Origin: an uncultured delta proteobacterium
GTDB taxonomy: Bacteria > Myxococcota > Myxococcia > Myxococcales > Myxococcaceae
Reading direction: 5' to 3'
Length of the DNA stretch: 64,000 nucleotides
Assembly (NCBI GenBank): GCA_963776345.1
Contig: CAVZMH010000016.1
Span: 800,001-864,000 of the forward strand
The position numbers were made by a program, and so were the translations under genes. How positions within the stretch are numbered: the first letter of the stretch is position 1; every line of letters starts with the position of its first letter. Below are positions 18,289 to 29,561 of this stretch, in pieces. A model generated the notes under the pieces. It was not told where the DNA came from and did not search any database. It saw only the letters and a list, made by a program, of their open reading frames with translations.

Positions 18289-19418
18289 ATGAGCCGCGTG
18301 CAGTCCGCGGGCGCCGCGACGCCCATCGATCCGTCCGTCCACGCGCCGGAGACGCCGGGAGCCGAGTCGGCGCACAGCCGGCGCTTCGAGCCCAACGACC
18401 CGGATCGCTTCGACCTCGACGACCTCCAGCCGAAGGCCTCGCCCGGCCGCGCGGGCGCGACGAATGTCGAGACCGGACACCTCACCTTCCACGGCGGCAA
18501 GGTGCTCCGCTCGCCGGACGTCGTTCCGGTCTACGTCGGCGCGTACTGGCAGACGCTCCCGGGCAAGCGCGACCGGGCCCGGAACGATGCCGCGATGGCC
18601 GCGCTGGTGAGGGACCCGGGGCAGACGGGCCTCTGGAAGGAGTACGGCGGCGGCCCGGGGACGACCTCCCCATCGAGGGTCCTGGCGAGCGTGTCGCGCC
18701 GGGATTTCTCAAGGAGGACGTCGAGGCCCTGGTGCAGGCGCAGGTCCGCTCCGGCGCGCTCGACGCGTCCGATCCCGAGCGCATCTTCACCCTGGTCCTT
18801 CCGCCGGGCGTCACGCTGCACGACGGGGAGGCCAGCTCCGAGGCGGGGCTCGGCGGGTTCCACGGGAACGTGACCGCGAGGGATGGACACCCGGTCTACT
18901 ACGCGGTGGTCGTCTACTCGCAGCGGACCGGGTCACGGGTGAACGGCATCGACTTCACCGGCACGCCCATCGACAACGTCACCATCACCGAGAGCCACGA
19001 GGTCACCGAGGCGGTGACCGATCCCGACGTGGGCCTCGCCATCCAGACCGGGAACCCGCGCTACCTCGGCTGGTACGACGACACGACGCCCGTTCGCCGC
19101 CGGGATGGCACGGCGGTGCTCGATGGGATGGGCCGGCCGATGCGAGGCAAGGGCGAGGTCGGCGACATTCCCGTCCTCAACGCGGAACTCGAGGGCGACT
19201 CGGAGCTGAAGACCGTGTGGGGGCGCCGCGGCGGATTCGCCTTCCAGACCGAGTGGAGCAACAACGACGGGAGGGCGGAGCTCGCGCCGTCGGCCGGCGC
19301 CCGGGCCTCAGCGCCCGGAGAGGCGCAGCATGCCGTCGGCGCTCCAGTCCTCACTGCCCACGCCGTGATGCACGAAGAAGAGGCCACCGGGGTCGTACTT
19401 CCGCTTGATGGCCCGTAG
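18289..19418 (+). CDS. Hypothetical protein, Phi-1/EXORDIUM-like, frameshifted near 18708
   Basis: N-half LTFHGGKVL..VYVGAYW..EYG continues in another frame as LVLPPG..GGFHG..YYAVV..SHEVTEAVTDP..GWYD..GEVGDI. The 3' end overlaps the convergent gene by ~110 nt. Confidence 0.6.
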
Positions 19419-21104
19419 GCGCGGATAGTTCGCGCCCCAGAACGCCTGCTGCCAGTTCGGCTCGAAGTAGTTGCTCTCGAGCACGTACGAGCCCGGCTGG
19501 GGCACCAGCTTCCGCAGCTCAGCCATCGCGCCGTGGATCCTCTGCGCATCGGTTCGCGCGTCCACCGGGTCGGGCTGGTGGCCGGTGACGCCCGGGTACG
19601 CCGGCGGGCCGCTCCCCGCGACGATCGCCAGGGCAAAGGCATCGAGCAACGCCGGGTTGGTGCAGCTGTCCTTCGCGGCTGCGATCGCCTCCGGCGGCGC
19701 ACCCGCGAGCCCCTTGTTGAAGTGCAGGCCCACCGTCCAGTGCCGTGAGGCGGCAAACAGCGCGTTCGCCAGCGCCTCCTGCCGCGCGGATCCGACGAGC
19801 GACCTCGGCAGCCAGGTGGACTCGTAGCCGTGCCAGTACGCTCCGAGCTCCTCCTCGTTGCTCGCCCACCACAGGTTCTTGAACGGCGGAGAGGACGGCC
19901 GGTCGTCCGCGCGGACGAAGGGGCCCAGATTCGTACGGAGGAACTCGGGGTTCCAGAACTCACGGGCCGGCACCACGGCGATGGTGCGGTCAGCCGCCAC
20001 CGTGATCCCGCTCCCCGGCTTCTCGACCTCGGCGAGGAAGGGTCGCCAGACCTCCTCCGCCTGGGCCCTGTCCAGCCCCTCGAAGAGCATCTGGATGGCC
20101 ATCCGGTTCGTGGGATACAGCCGGACCTGCTCGCCCCAATGCGGGTTCATCAGCGAGCCGCCGTAGAAGGCCACGAACCGGCGAATCAGCTTCCGGAACA
20201 CCGCGTCCGACTCCGCGGTCAAGGTCATCAGCACCGCGCCGAAGGTCTCCGGGAGCGCGTGGGTCCGCAGGGTGAGCCGGGTCACGATCCCGAAGGTGCT
20301 CCCACCGCCTCCCTTCAGCGCCCAGAACAGATCCGGATGGGTGCACGCATTCGCGACCCGCACCCGTCCATCGGCAGTCACCACCTCGGCCTCGAGCATG
20401 TTCGCCGCGGCCATGCCGTACCGCTTGGAGAAGCTCCCGAACCCACCGCCGAGGACGAGCCCCGGCACCCCTACCGTCGCGCACCCGCCACCCTGGACGT
20501 ACCGCCCGCCGCGCGTCGTCACCGCGTCGTAGGCGTGGAACCAGAGCGAGCCTGCACCGAGGTTCACCGCCGGAGACGGCTGCACCTTCCCCTCGCAGCC
20601 CTGCGGGACGAAGGCATCGTGGAGGGTGGCGGTCTCCATCGCGCGCGTCCAGACGAGGAGCGAGTCCGGCGCGTTCGAGCCTCCGTGGTAGCTGTGCCCA
20701 CCGCCCTTCACCACCAGCCGGAGCCGGTGCGTGCGCGCGAAGTTGACCGCGGCCACCACGTCCGCCGTGCTCTTCGCGGTCACCGCGTACGCGCTCGAGC
20801 TCGAGGTCCATGCCCCCGCCCACCCGGTGCTCTGAGTCCCCCAGACCTGGTCGCCGATGAAGTACGGGTTCTGCATCTGCTTCACCAGCTCGGGGCTGGC
20901 CTTCTCCAGCGGCGAGTCGACGCGGAGGAGTCGTCCCTGCACCTGATCGGCGAGCCCCTTCCATGCGGCCTCATCCGGCCAGCCCACGTCCCCGGGGCGC
21001 AGGCGACGACTCGCCATCGCCGCGAGGGCGGACGGCAGAAACGGACGGAGCAGGCCGAAGGCCGCGCTCCCGGCGAGCACCTCGAGGAACCGGCGGCGCC
21101 TCAT
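19308..21104 (-). CDS. Tat-exported FAD-linked oxidase (berberine-bridge-enzyme-like)
   Basis: MRRRRFL Tat signal; KGGGHSY, GGCATVG, GGGFG, DLFWALKGGG; BBE domain FWGANYPRL..IKRKYDP. Confidence 0.93.
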   Translation of the reverse strand: MRRRRFLEVLAGSAAFGLLRPFLPSALAAMASRRLRPGDVGWPDEAAWKGLADQVQGRLLRVDSPLEKASPELVKQMQNPYFIGDQVWGTQSTGWAGAWTSSSSAYAVTAKSTADVVAAVNFARTHRLRLVVKGGGHSYHGGSNAPDSLLVWTRAMETATLHDAFVPQGCEGKVQPSPAVNLGAGSLWFHAYDAVTTRGGRYVQGGGCATVGVPGLVLGGGFGSFSKRYGMAAANMLEAEVVTADGRVRVANACTHPDLFWALKGGGGSTFGIVTRLTLRTHALPETFGAVLMTLTAESDAVFRKLIRRFVAFYGGSLMNPHWGEQVRLYPTNRMAIQMLFEGLDRAQAEEVWRPFLAEVEKPGSGITVAADRTIAVVPAREFWNPEFLRTNLGPFVRADDRPSSPPFKNLWWASNEEELGAYWHGYESTWLPRSLVGSARQEALANALFAASRHWTVGLHFNKGLAGAPPEAIAAAKDSCTNPALLDAFALAIVAGSGPPAYPGVTGHQPDPVDARTDAQRIHGAMAELRKLVPQPGSYVLESNYFEPNWQQAFWGANYPRLRAIKRKYDPGGLFFVHHGVGSEDWSADGMLRLSGR

Positions 21105-21108
21105 GTCG

Positions 21109-21579
21109 TCACCAGCGGTGGTACGCCGGGTGGCCCGGCTTCACCGCGACGAAGGTGCCGCGGCAGGTGGCAGTCACCTTCCCCTCCGCGCTGAGCGTCG
21201 CCTCGACCGTCGCCCGGTCGCCCTGGATCTGCACCGCCTTCGCCCACAGTGTGAGCTCCGGGCCCATCGGCGTGGGCCGCCTGAGGGTCACCGCGAAGTC
21301 GGAGGTCACCGTGCACGGGGGCGTCTCCAGCCCCTGGGCGTGCATCAGCGCCACGGTCGCCGCCCAGTTCGAGTGGCAGTCCAGCAGGGTCCCGATGATG
21401 CCGCCGTTCAGCACCCCGGGGAATGCCTGGTGGTGCTCCTCGGGGCGCCAGCGGGCGACCAGGTGCTCGCCCTCCTCGAAGCTCCGGATCCTCAAGCCCT
21501 TGGGGTTCGAGGCACCGCAGCCGAAGCAGGCGTTGTGGGGGGCAAACCGCTCCTGGACGCTCGGGCCTTCCATGGCCAC
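21109..21579 (-). CDS. PaaI family (hotdog-fold) thioesterase
   Basis: CFGCG..NP.GL, PGVLNGGIIGTLLDCH. Confidence 0.92.
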   Translation of the reverse strand: MAMEGPSVQERFAPHNACFGCGASNPKGLRIRSFEEGEHLVARWRPEEHHQAFPGVLNGGIIGTLLDCHSNWAATVALMHAQGLETPPCTVTSDFAVTLRRPTPMGPELTLWAKAVQIQGDRATVEATLSAEGKVTATCRGTFVAVKPGHPAYHRW

Positions 21580-21667
21580 GGCACCCTACTCCCATGCGCG
21601 CCCTCCGGCTCCCCCGAGTTGCCCTGCTCTGGCCGGTAAGTGCCCCATCTTCTTCGGGGTTGTTCCG

Positions 21668-21697
21668 TTGACGGCCCCCGCGGCAGGCCAGTAGAAC
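21668..21697 (+). promoter_or_regulatory. Putative sigma70 promoter for nuoCDGHI
   Basis: TTGACG-N18-TAGAAC, ~50 nt upstream of nuoC. Confidence 0.5.
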
Positions 21698-21749
21698 CCG
21701 CGGCGCCGTTCGGCACGCCCCCTCGTCCCGGAAAGGCCGTCCCGACCCC

Positions 21750-22283
21750 GTGAGCCTCCGCGCCCTGACCCTGATACGCGATGCGCACCCCCACGCCTTC
21801 GTCGAGCAGTACACCGACCGCACCGGCGGCACCTGGGGCGTGGTCAAGCCCGAGTCGCTCCGGGCCGTCCTCTCCCACGTGAAGGACGACCCGCAGCTCG
21901 ACTTCAAGCTCTTCCTCTCCATCGACGCGGTGGACCGGCTGCAGCTCCCGGAGAGCACTCCGCGGTTCGAGGTGGTCTACTTCCTGTACTCGGTGACCTG
22001 GAACGAGCACCTGCGCCTCAAGGTCCGCGTCGCCGAGGACCACCCCGAGATCCCCAGCGTCACCTCCATCTTCCAGGGCGCCGGCTGGTGGGAGCGCTTC
22101 GTCTGGGACTTCTACGGCATCCGCTTCGCCGGACACCCCGACCTGCGCCGCATCCTCCTCTACGAGGAGTTCAAGGGGCACCCGCTGCGCAAGGACTACC
22201 CGCTCCGCGAGCGCCAGCCGCTCATCCCCGAGCGACCCATCCGCGACATCTTCCGCGGCCCGGGCACCTCGGGCGTCTCCTGA
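21750..22283 (+). CDS. nuoC: NADH-quinone oxidoreductase subunit C
   Basis: RFEVVY.L, WWER..WDFYGI.F.GHPDLRRIL, GHPLRKDYP. Confidence 0.96.
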   Translation: MSLRALTLIRDAHPHAFVEQYTDRTGGTWGVVKPESLRAVLSHVKDDPQLDFKLFLSIDAVDRLQLPESTPRFEVVYFLYSVTWNEHLRLKVRVAEDHPEIPSVTSIFQGAGWWERFVWDFYGIRFAGHPDLRRILLYEEFKGHPLRKDYPLRERQPLIPERPIRDIFRGPGTSGVS

Positions 22284-22291
22284 ACAGACCC

Positions 22292-23530
22292 ATGGCCCAC
22301 GCCGACGAACGACAGAACGAGGAGCTCGCGCAGGAGGAGGACTCCGAGCTCGAGGCCCACCTCCAGACCAGGCGGATGCTCATCAACCTGGGGCCCTCGC
22401 ACCCCGCGATGCACGGCACCGTGCGGATGAAGGTGGAGCTGGAGGGCGAGACCATCGTCCGCGCCGATCCGGAGATCGGCTTCCTCCACCGCGGGTTCCA
22501 GAAGAGCTGCGAGAACGTCACCTGGAACCAGTGCCTGCCGTACACCGACCGGCTGAACTACGTGTCGGCGATCATGAACAACTTTGGATTTCTCAAGGCC
22601 GTGGAGAAGCTGGTCGGCCTGGAGATCCCCGAGCGCGCCCAGTACATCCGGGTCCTCGCCTCCGAGCTGCACCGGATGCAGGACCACCTCACCTGCGTCG
22701 GCGCCATCGGCCTCGAGCTGGGCGGCTTCTCGGCGTTCCTCTACGCCATCGAGGCCCGTGAGCTGATCATGGACCGGGTGGCCGAGCTCACCGGCGCGCG
22801 GCTCACCACCTCCTTCGGCCGCGTGGGCGGACTCAACCGCGACCTGCCCGAGGGCTGGATCGACCGGGTGAGCAAGACCCTGGACAAGATCCACGAGCTG
22901 CTCGGCGAGGTGGATGGACTCCTCACCAACAACCGCATCTTCGTGGACCGGATGCGCGGCACCGGGGTCATCAGCGCCCAGGATGCGCTGGACTTCGGCT
23001 TCACCGGCCCCTGCCTCCGGGCGAACGGGATCAACTACGACGTCCGCAAGGCGCACCCCTACTGGGTCTACGACCGGATGGAGTTCGACGTCCCGGTGGG
23101 CCAGAACGGCGACAACTACGACCGGTACCTCATGCGGATGGAGGAGTTGAAGCAGTCCGAGGGAATCGTCCGCCAGTGCCTCCGCGAGGTCCCGCCGGGA
23201 CCGGTCATCGTGGACGACTGGCGCATCGCGCTGCCGCCCAAGTCCGAGGTGTACGGGACCATCGAGGGCGTCATCTCCCACTTCAAGCTGGTGATGGAGG
23301 GAATCCCGGTGCCGCCCGGCGAGGTTTACGACTGCACCGAGGCGGCCAACGGGGAGCTGGGCTGGTACCTGGTCAGCGACGGGTCGGGCCGGCCGTACAA
23401 GGTCCACGTCCGCGCGCCGGGCTTCGCCATCCTGTCGGGGGTGCCGCGGATGATCGAGGGCAAGATGCTGGCCGACCTGATTCCGACGTTCGACACCATC
23501 AACATGATCGGCGGCGAGGTGGAGCAGTGA
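22292..23530 (+). CDS. nuoD: NADH-quinone oxidoreductase subunit D
   Basis: NLGPSHPAMHG, IGFLHRG, DRLNY, EAANGELG, RAPGF. Confidence 0.97.
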   Translation: MAHADERQNEELAQEEDSELEAHLQTRRMLINLGPSHPAMHGTVRMKVELEGETIVRADPEIGFLHRGFQKSCENVTWNQCLPYTDRLNYVSAIMNNFGFLKAVEKLVGLEIPERAQYIRVLASELHRMQDHLTCVGAIGLELGGFSAFLYAIEARELIMDRVAELTGARLTTSFGRVGGLNRDLPEGWIDRVSKTLDKIHELLGEVDGLLTNNRIFVDRMRGTGVISAQDALDFGFTGPCLRANGINYDVRKAHPYWVYDRMEFDVPVGQNGDNYDRYLMRMEELKQSEGIVRQCLREVPPGPVIVDDWRIALPPKSEVYGTIEGVISHFKLVMEGIPVPPGEVYDCTEAANGELGWYLVSDGSGRPYKVHVRAPGFAILSGVPRMIEGKMLADLIPTFDTINMIGGEVEQ

Positions 23531-25275
23531 GCGAGAGCGACGGCAAGAAGCCCACCGGGGACGCGCAGCCGCCTCCGCCCGCAGCCAAGCCGCCCCCGCC
23601 GCCCGGCAAGCCCGCGCCCAAGCACCCCGGCTTCGTCACCGTCACCGTCGACGGCAAGGAGCTGGTCGCCAAGCCCGGCGCCAACATGGTGGACGCGGTC
23701 AAGGACGTGGGCTCGGAGATTCCGTACTACTGCTACCACCCGCGCCTGAGCATCGCGGCCAACTGCCGCATGTGCCTGGTGGAGGTGAGCAACTCTCCCA
23801 AGCTGGTGCCCGCCTGCCAGACGGCCCTGATCGAGGGGATGGTCATCCAGACCCGGAGCCCGCGGGTCCAGGAGAGCCAGCGGGCGGTGATGGAGATGCT
23901 GCTCCTCAACCACCCGGTGGACTGCGCCATCTGCGACCAGGCGGGGGAGTGCAAGCTCCAGGATTACTACCAGCGCTACGACTTCCGCCCCTCGCGGCTC
24001 GAGGGCGAGAAGGTCATGAAGTCCAAGCGCAAGGTGCTCGGGCCCACGGTGGTCCTGGACCAGGAGCGCTGCATCCTCTGCACCCGCTGCGTGCGCTTCA
24101 TGAGCGAGGTGGCCAAGCAGCCGCAGCTCGGCGTCTTCGGCCGCGGCAGCGCCGAGCTCATCGACACCTTCCCGGGCAAGCAGCTGGACAGCAACTACTC
24201 GGGGAACACGGTCGACATCTGTCCGGTGGGCGCGCTGCTCAACCGCGACTTCCGCTTCCGGGCGCGGAGCTGGTTCCTCTCCGCGGCGCCCAGCGTGTGC
24301 ACCGGCTGCTCGCGCGGGTGCAGCACCTTCGTGGACTTCATGGGGCAGGACACCTACCGCTACCGCCCCCGGGAGAACGAGGCGATCAACAAGAGCTGGA
24401 TGTGCGATCAGGGCCGGCTCTCGTACAAGCCTCTGAACCAGCAGCGGCTCGCGGTGCCGATGCTCGGGCGCGGCGAGGATCGGCGCGAGGCCACCTTGCC
24501 CGAGGCGCTGAAGTCCCTCGCCGAGCAGTTCAAGGCGCTGGCCGGGACCGAGGAGCTGGCGGTGCTCGCCTCGCCGGTGGCCTCGAACGAGGACCTCCTG
24601 GCCTCGCTGGCCTTCGCCCGCGATGCGCTCGGCGTGCGCTCGGTCTACGTGGGCGGGCGGCCCGAGGGAGCCGGGGATCATTTCCTCATGACTCCGGACA
24701 AGAACCCCAACCGGCGCGGGCTGGAGTGGGTGGCGCGCGGGCTGGACCTCGCGCTGAAGCCCTTCTCCGCGCTGGGCCAGGCGATCAACGCGGGCAAGGT
24801 GAAGGCGCTCTACGCCATCGGCGGCGAGGTGCCGGTGGATCCGACGCTGGTCGCCCAGGGATTCGGGCGGCTCGAGTACCTCGTCCTCCAGGCCTCGAAC
24901 GAGTCTCCGGTCACCGCCCAGGCGCACGTGCTCCTGCCCGCGACGGTCCATGTCGAGGACGAGGGGTCGTTCACCAACCTGGACGGCATCACCCAGCGCT
25001 TCCGGCGCGCCTATCCCCCGCGGGCGGACGTGAAGGCGCACTGGGCGTGGGCGGTGGCCCTGGCGCAGGAGTTCGGGTTCCCCTGGACGCAGGTGAGCGC
25101 CCGCGACGTGTTCCGCGAGTGGGGCCCGCGGGTGGCCGAGCTCTCGAGCTTCGACTGGGACGGGGCGGCGCCGCCGGTGAAGACCACCCGGGGGATCAAT
25201 CCTCTTGCCACCGGCGCGGATGGACGGCCGCCCGGGTACCGCGAGTTCGGCACTCCGCGCGTCCGGGGGCTCTGA
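23527..25275 (+). CDS. nuoG: NADH-quinone oxidoreductase subunit G (short, 582 aa)
   Basis: CYHP..NCRMC..C (N1b), HPVDCAICDQAGEC (N5), CILCTRC..CPVGAL (N4), CTGCSRGC..C (N7); GTGA overlap with nuoD. Confidence 0.95.
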   Translation: MSESDGKKPTGDAQPPPPAAKPPPPPGKPAPKHPGFVTVTVDGKELVAKPGANMVDAVKDVGSEIPYYCYHPRLSIAANCRMCLVEVSNSPKLVPACQTALIEGMVIQTRSPRVQESQRAVMEMLLLNHPVDCAICDQAGECKLQDYYQRYDFRPSRLEGEKVMKSKRKVLGPTVVLDQERCILCTRCVRFMSEVAKQPQLGVFGRGSAELIDTFPGKQLDSNYSGNTVDICPVGALLNRDFRFRARSWFLSAAPSVCTGCSRGCSTFVDFMGQDTYRYRPRENEAINKSWMCDQGRLSYKPLNQQRLAVPMLGRGEDRREATLPEALKSLAEQFKALAGTEELAVLASPVASNEDLLASLAFARDALGVRSVYVGGRPEGAGDHFLMTPDKNPNRRGLEWVARGLDLALKPFSALGQAINAGKVKALYAIGGEVPVDPTLVAQGFGRLEYLVLQASNESPVTAQAHVLLPATVHVEDEGSFTNLDGITQRFRRAYPPRADVKAHWAWAVALAQEFGFPWTQVSARDVFREWGPRVAELSSFDWDGAAPPVKTTRGINPLATGADGRPPGYREFGTPRVRGL

Positions 25276-25283
25276 GGCGAGCG

Positions 25284-26723
<1,440 letters not shown>

Positions 26724-26736
26724 CCGGAACCCCTGA

Positions 26737-27436
26737 ATGGCCTACCAGGCGAGCAAGAACCCCAGTGGCGACCTCCGCGAGCGGCTCTACCTGCCGGAGC
26801 TGATCCGCGGCCTGGCCATCACCACCCGGCACTTCCTCCGGAACCTCTTCAATCCCCGGGACCTGAACAGCGAGGTCCAGGATCGCAAGGGCGCCAACCT
26901 CGTCTCCACGGTCAGCTACCCCGAGGAGAAGACGCCCTACCCGCTCGGGTACCGGGGGCTGCACCGGCTCGTGCCGCGGGACGACGGCAAGCCCCGCTGC
27001 GTGGCTTGCTACATGTGCGCCACCATCTGCCCGGCGCAGTGCATCTACATCGAGGCCGGCGAGTACGAGTCGGCCGATCCCGACACCGAGAACCGGGTGA
27101 TCGAGAAGTTCCCCACCCAGTTCGTCATCGACGAGCTGCGGTGCATCGTCTGCGGGCTGTGCGTCGACGCCTGTCCCAAGGACGCGATCCGGATGGACAC
27201 CGGGCTCCACACCCCGTCCGAGTACAACCGCTCCAGCTTCGTCTGGGACATCCCCAAGCTGCTCCAGGGACCGCCGGTGAGCCACCCGTCGGACCCGTGG
27301 AACAAGCGCCCGTCCTCGGCGCCGCCGCCGCACCAGCACCCCGAGGCGCACACCCGGGTGGGCGAGGGGCTGCTGCCGCTCAGGCTGCCCGGGGAGCACC
27401 ACACGCGCACCGAGGTGACGGATCAGCCGATCCCCG

Positions 27437-27459
<23 letters not shown>
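26737..27459 (+). CDS. nuoI: NADH-quinone oxidoreductase subunit I
   Basis: [17 protein letters not shown] and [12 protein letters not shown] (two 4Fe-4S motifs). Confidence 0.96.
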
Positions 27460-28453
<994 letters not shown>

Positions 28454-28498
28454 CCCGCCGTGGTAACCGCTGGACCGGCTCGGTGCAGCCGCGGGGGC

Positions 28499-29001
28499 CT
28501 AGTGCGACTGGCCCGAGGGATGCCAGAGGAAGACCTGCTCCACGCCATCGAGGACGAGGGAGCGCCGCTCGAGCACGAGCGGTCTCCCGGCGCGGTCACC
28601 GGAGACGGCGAGGGTCTCCTCGCTCACCCCCACCACGCACCCCGGCCAGGCGCAGGGCAAGATGCGCTCCGGAGAGCCCGGGTGGTGTTGCCGGACGTGC
28701 GCGCACGGGCCCGAGCTGCTCGCCGGCCCCACCGCGAGCGGGATCACGGACACGACGCTCTCCAGCGGAAGCCCTTCGGTCCCTCGCCGGAGGCGAACTC
28801 GCGGTCGAACTGGACCACGCGGGAGGACGCGATGCCGCGCTCGACCGCGACCTGGATGAACGTCCGGGCCGTCCCCTCGCCGCACCCGGGCCAGGCACAG
28901 ACCAGGAGCGCCTCGACGTGCAGCGGATGCGACTGCCGGGGGTGCCGGCACGGGCTGCCAGCGTGGCGGTTGCCCGCGAGGTCGCGCTTCCGGTGAGGCA
29001 T
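28499..29001 (-). CDS. Hypothetical protein with two copies of CxHxRQxHP-x8-CAWPGC (one-base frameshift near 28757)
   Basis: ATG at 29001 with an upstream GGAG. The first copy lies in the 28744..29217 frame and the second in the 28499..28951 frame; restoring one base gives ~167 aa. Confidence 0.6.
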
Positions 29002-29053
29002 GTCGGCTCCCGACCTCCGGTTGCCTGGAGGCACCAGGTCGAGAAGTCGCTCG

Positions 29054-29467
29054 TCAGGGATGTAGCACGTTTTTCGTGCGCGCACCGGGCAGCGGCTCCC
29101 GGGCCCTCGTGCGCGCCGCCCCGTTCGGGAGCGACCAGAGCCAGCGGCTCTGGCGCCCGTGACGCTCCTCCTCGAACCGGACCACTCCCGCCGCGGCCAG
29201 CTGCTCGAGCAGCGCACGGAGCTGGGTGGACGACAGGCCGGTGGTCTCCACCAGCTGCGGGGTGGTCTTCCCGCCGTCGCTCAGCTCGTGCAGGAGGCGA
29301 TGGACGCGCCGATCCAGACTGCGGCGTTCGGCATCGTCCTGCATCTCGCGCAGGCGCTTCGGGCCCACGCACTCCAGGCACTCGTTGGTCTCCACCAGGC
29401 GCTCGAGACACCGATGACGTGCGCAGAGCCGGCCCAGGTAGATCAGCGGGTACGTCGAGCGCGTCAT
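29054..29467 (-). CDS. Winged-HTH protein with an N-terminal Cys4 (C-x4-C-x9-C-x2-C) motif
   Basis: YLGRLCARHRCLERLVETNECLEC, then LLHELSDGGKTTPQLVETTGLSSTQLRALLEQLAAAGVVRF..WLWSL. Confidence 0.7.
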   Translation of the reverse strand: MTRSTYPLIYLGRLCARHRCLERLVETNECLECVGPKRLREMQDDAERRSLDRRVHRLLHELSDGGKTTPQLVETTGLSSTQLRALLEQLAAAGVVRFEEERHGRQSRWLWSLPNGAARTRAREPLPGARTKNVLHP

Positions 29468-29561
29468 CAGGGCTGCCTTCCTCGGGCCGGGAAGTGGCGG
29501 CGGGATTCGTCGCACGACCGGCAAGCCCAACCTTTCACCTCCCCGGGAGGGAAACAAGCAC

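Noticed and set aside
28744..28746. TGA as selenocysteine or readthrough codon after ...WRASCP
   Set aside because: The second repeat is in a different frame, so readthrough cannot join the halves; a frameshift is required.
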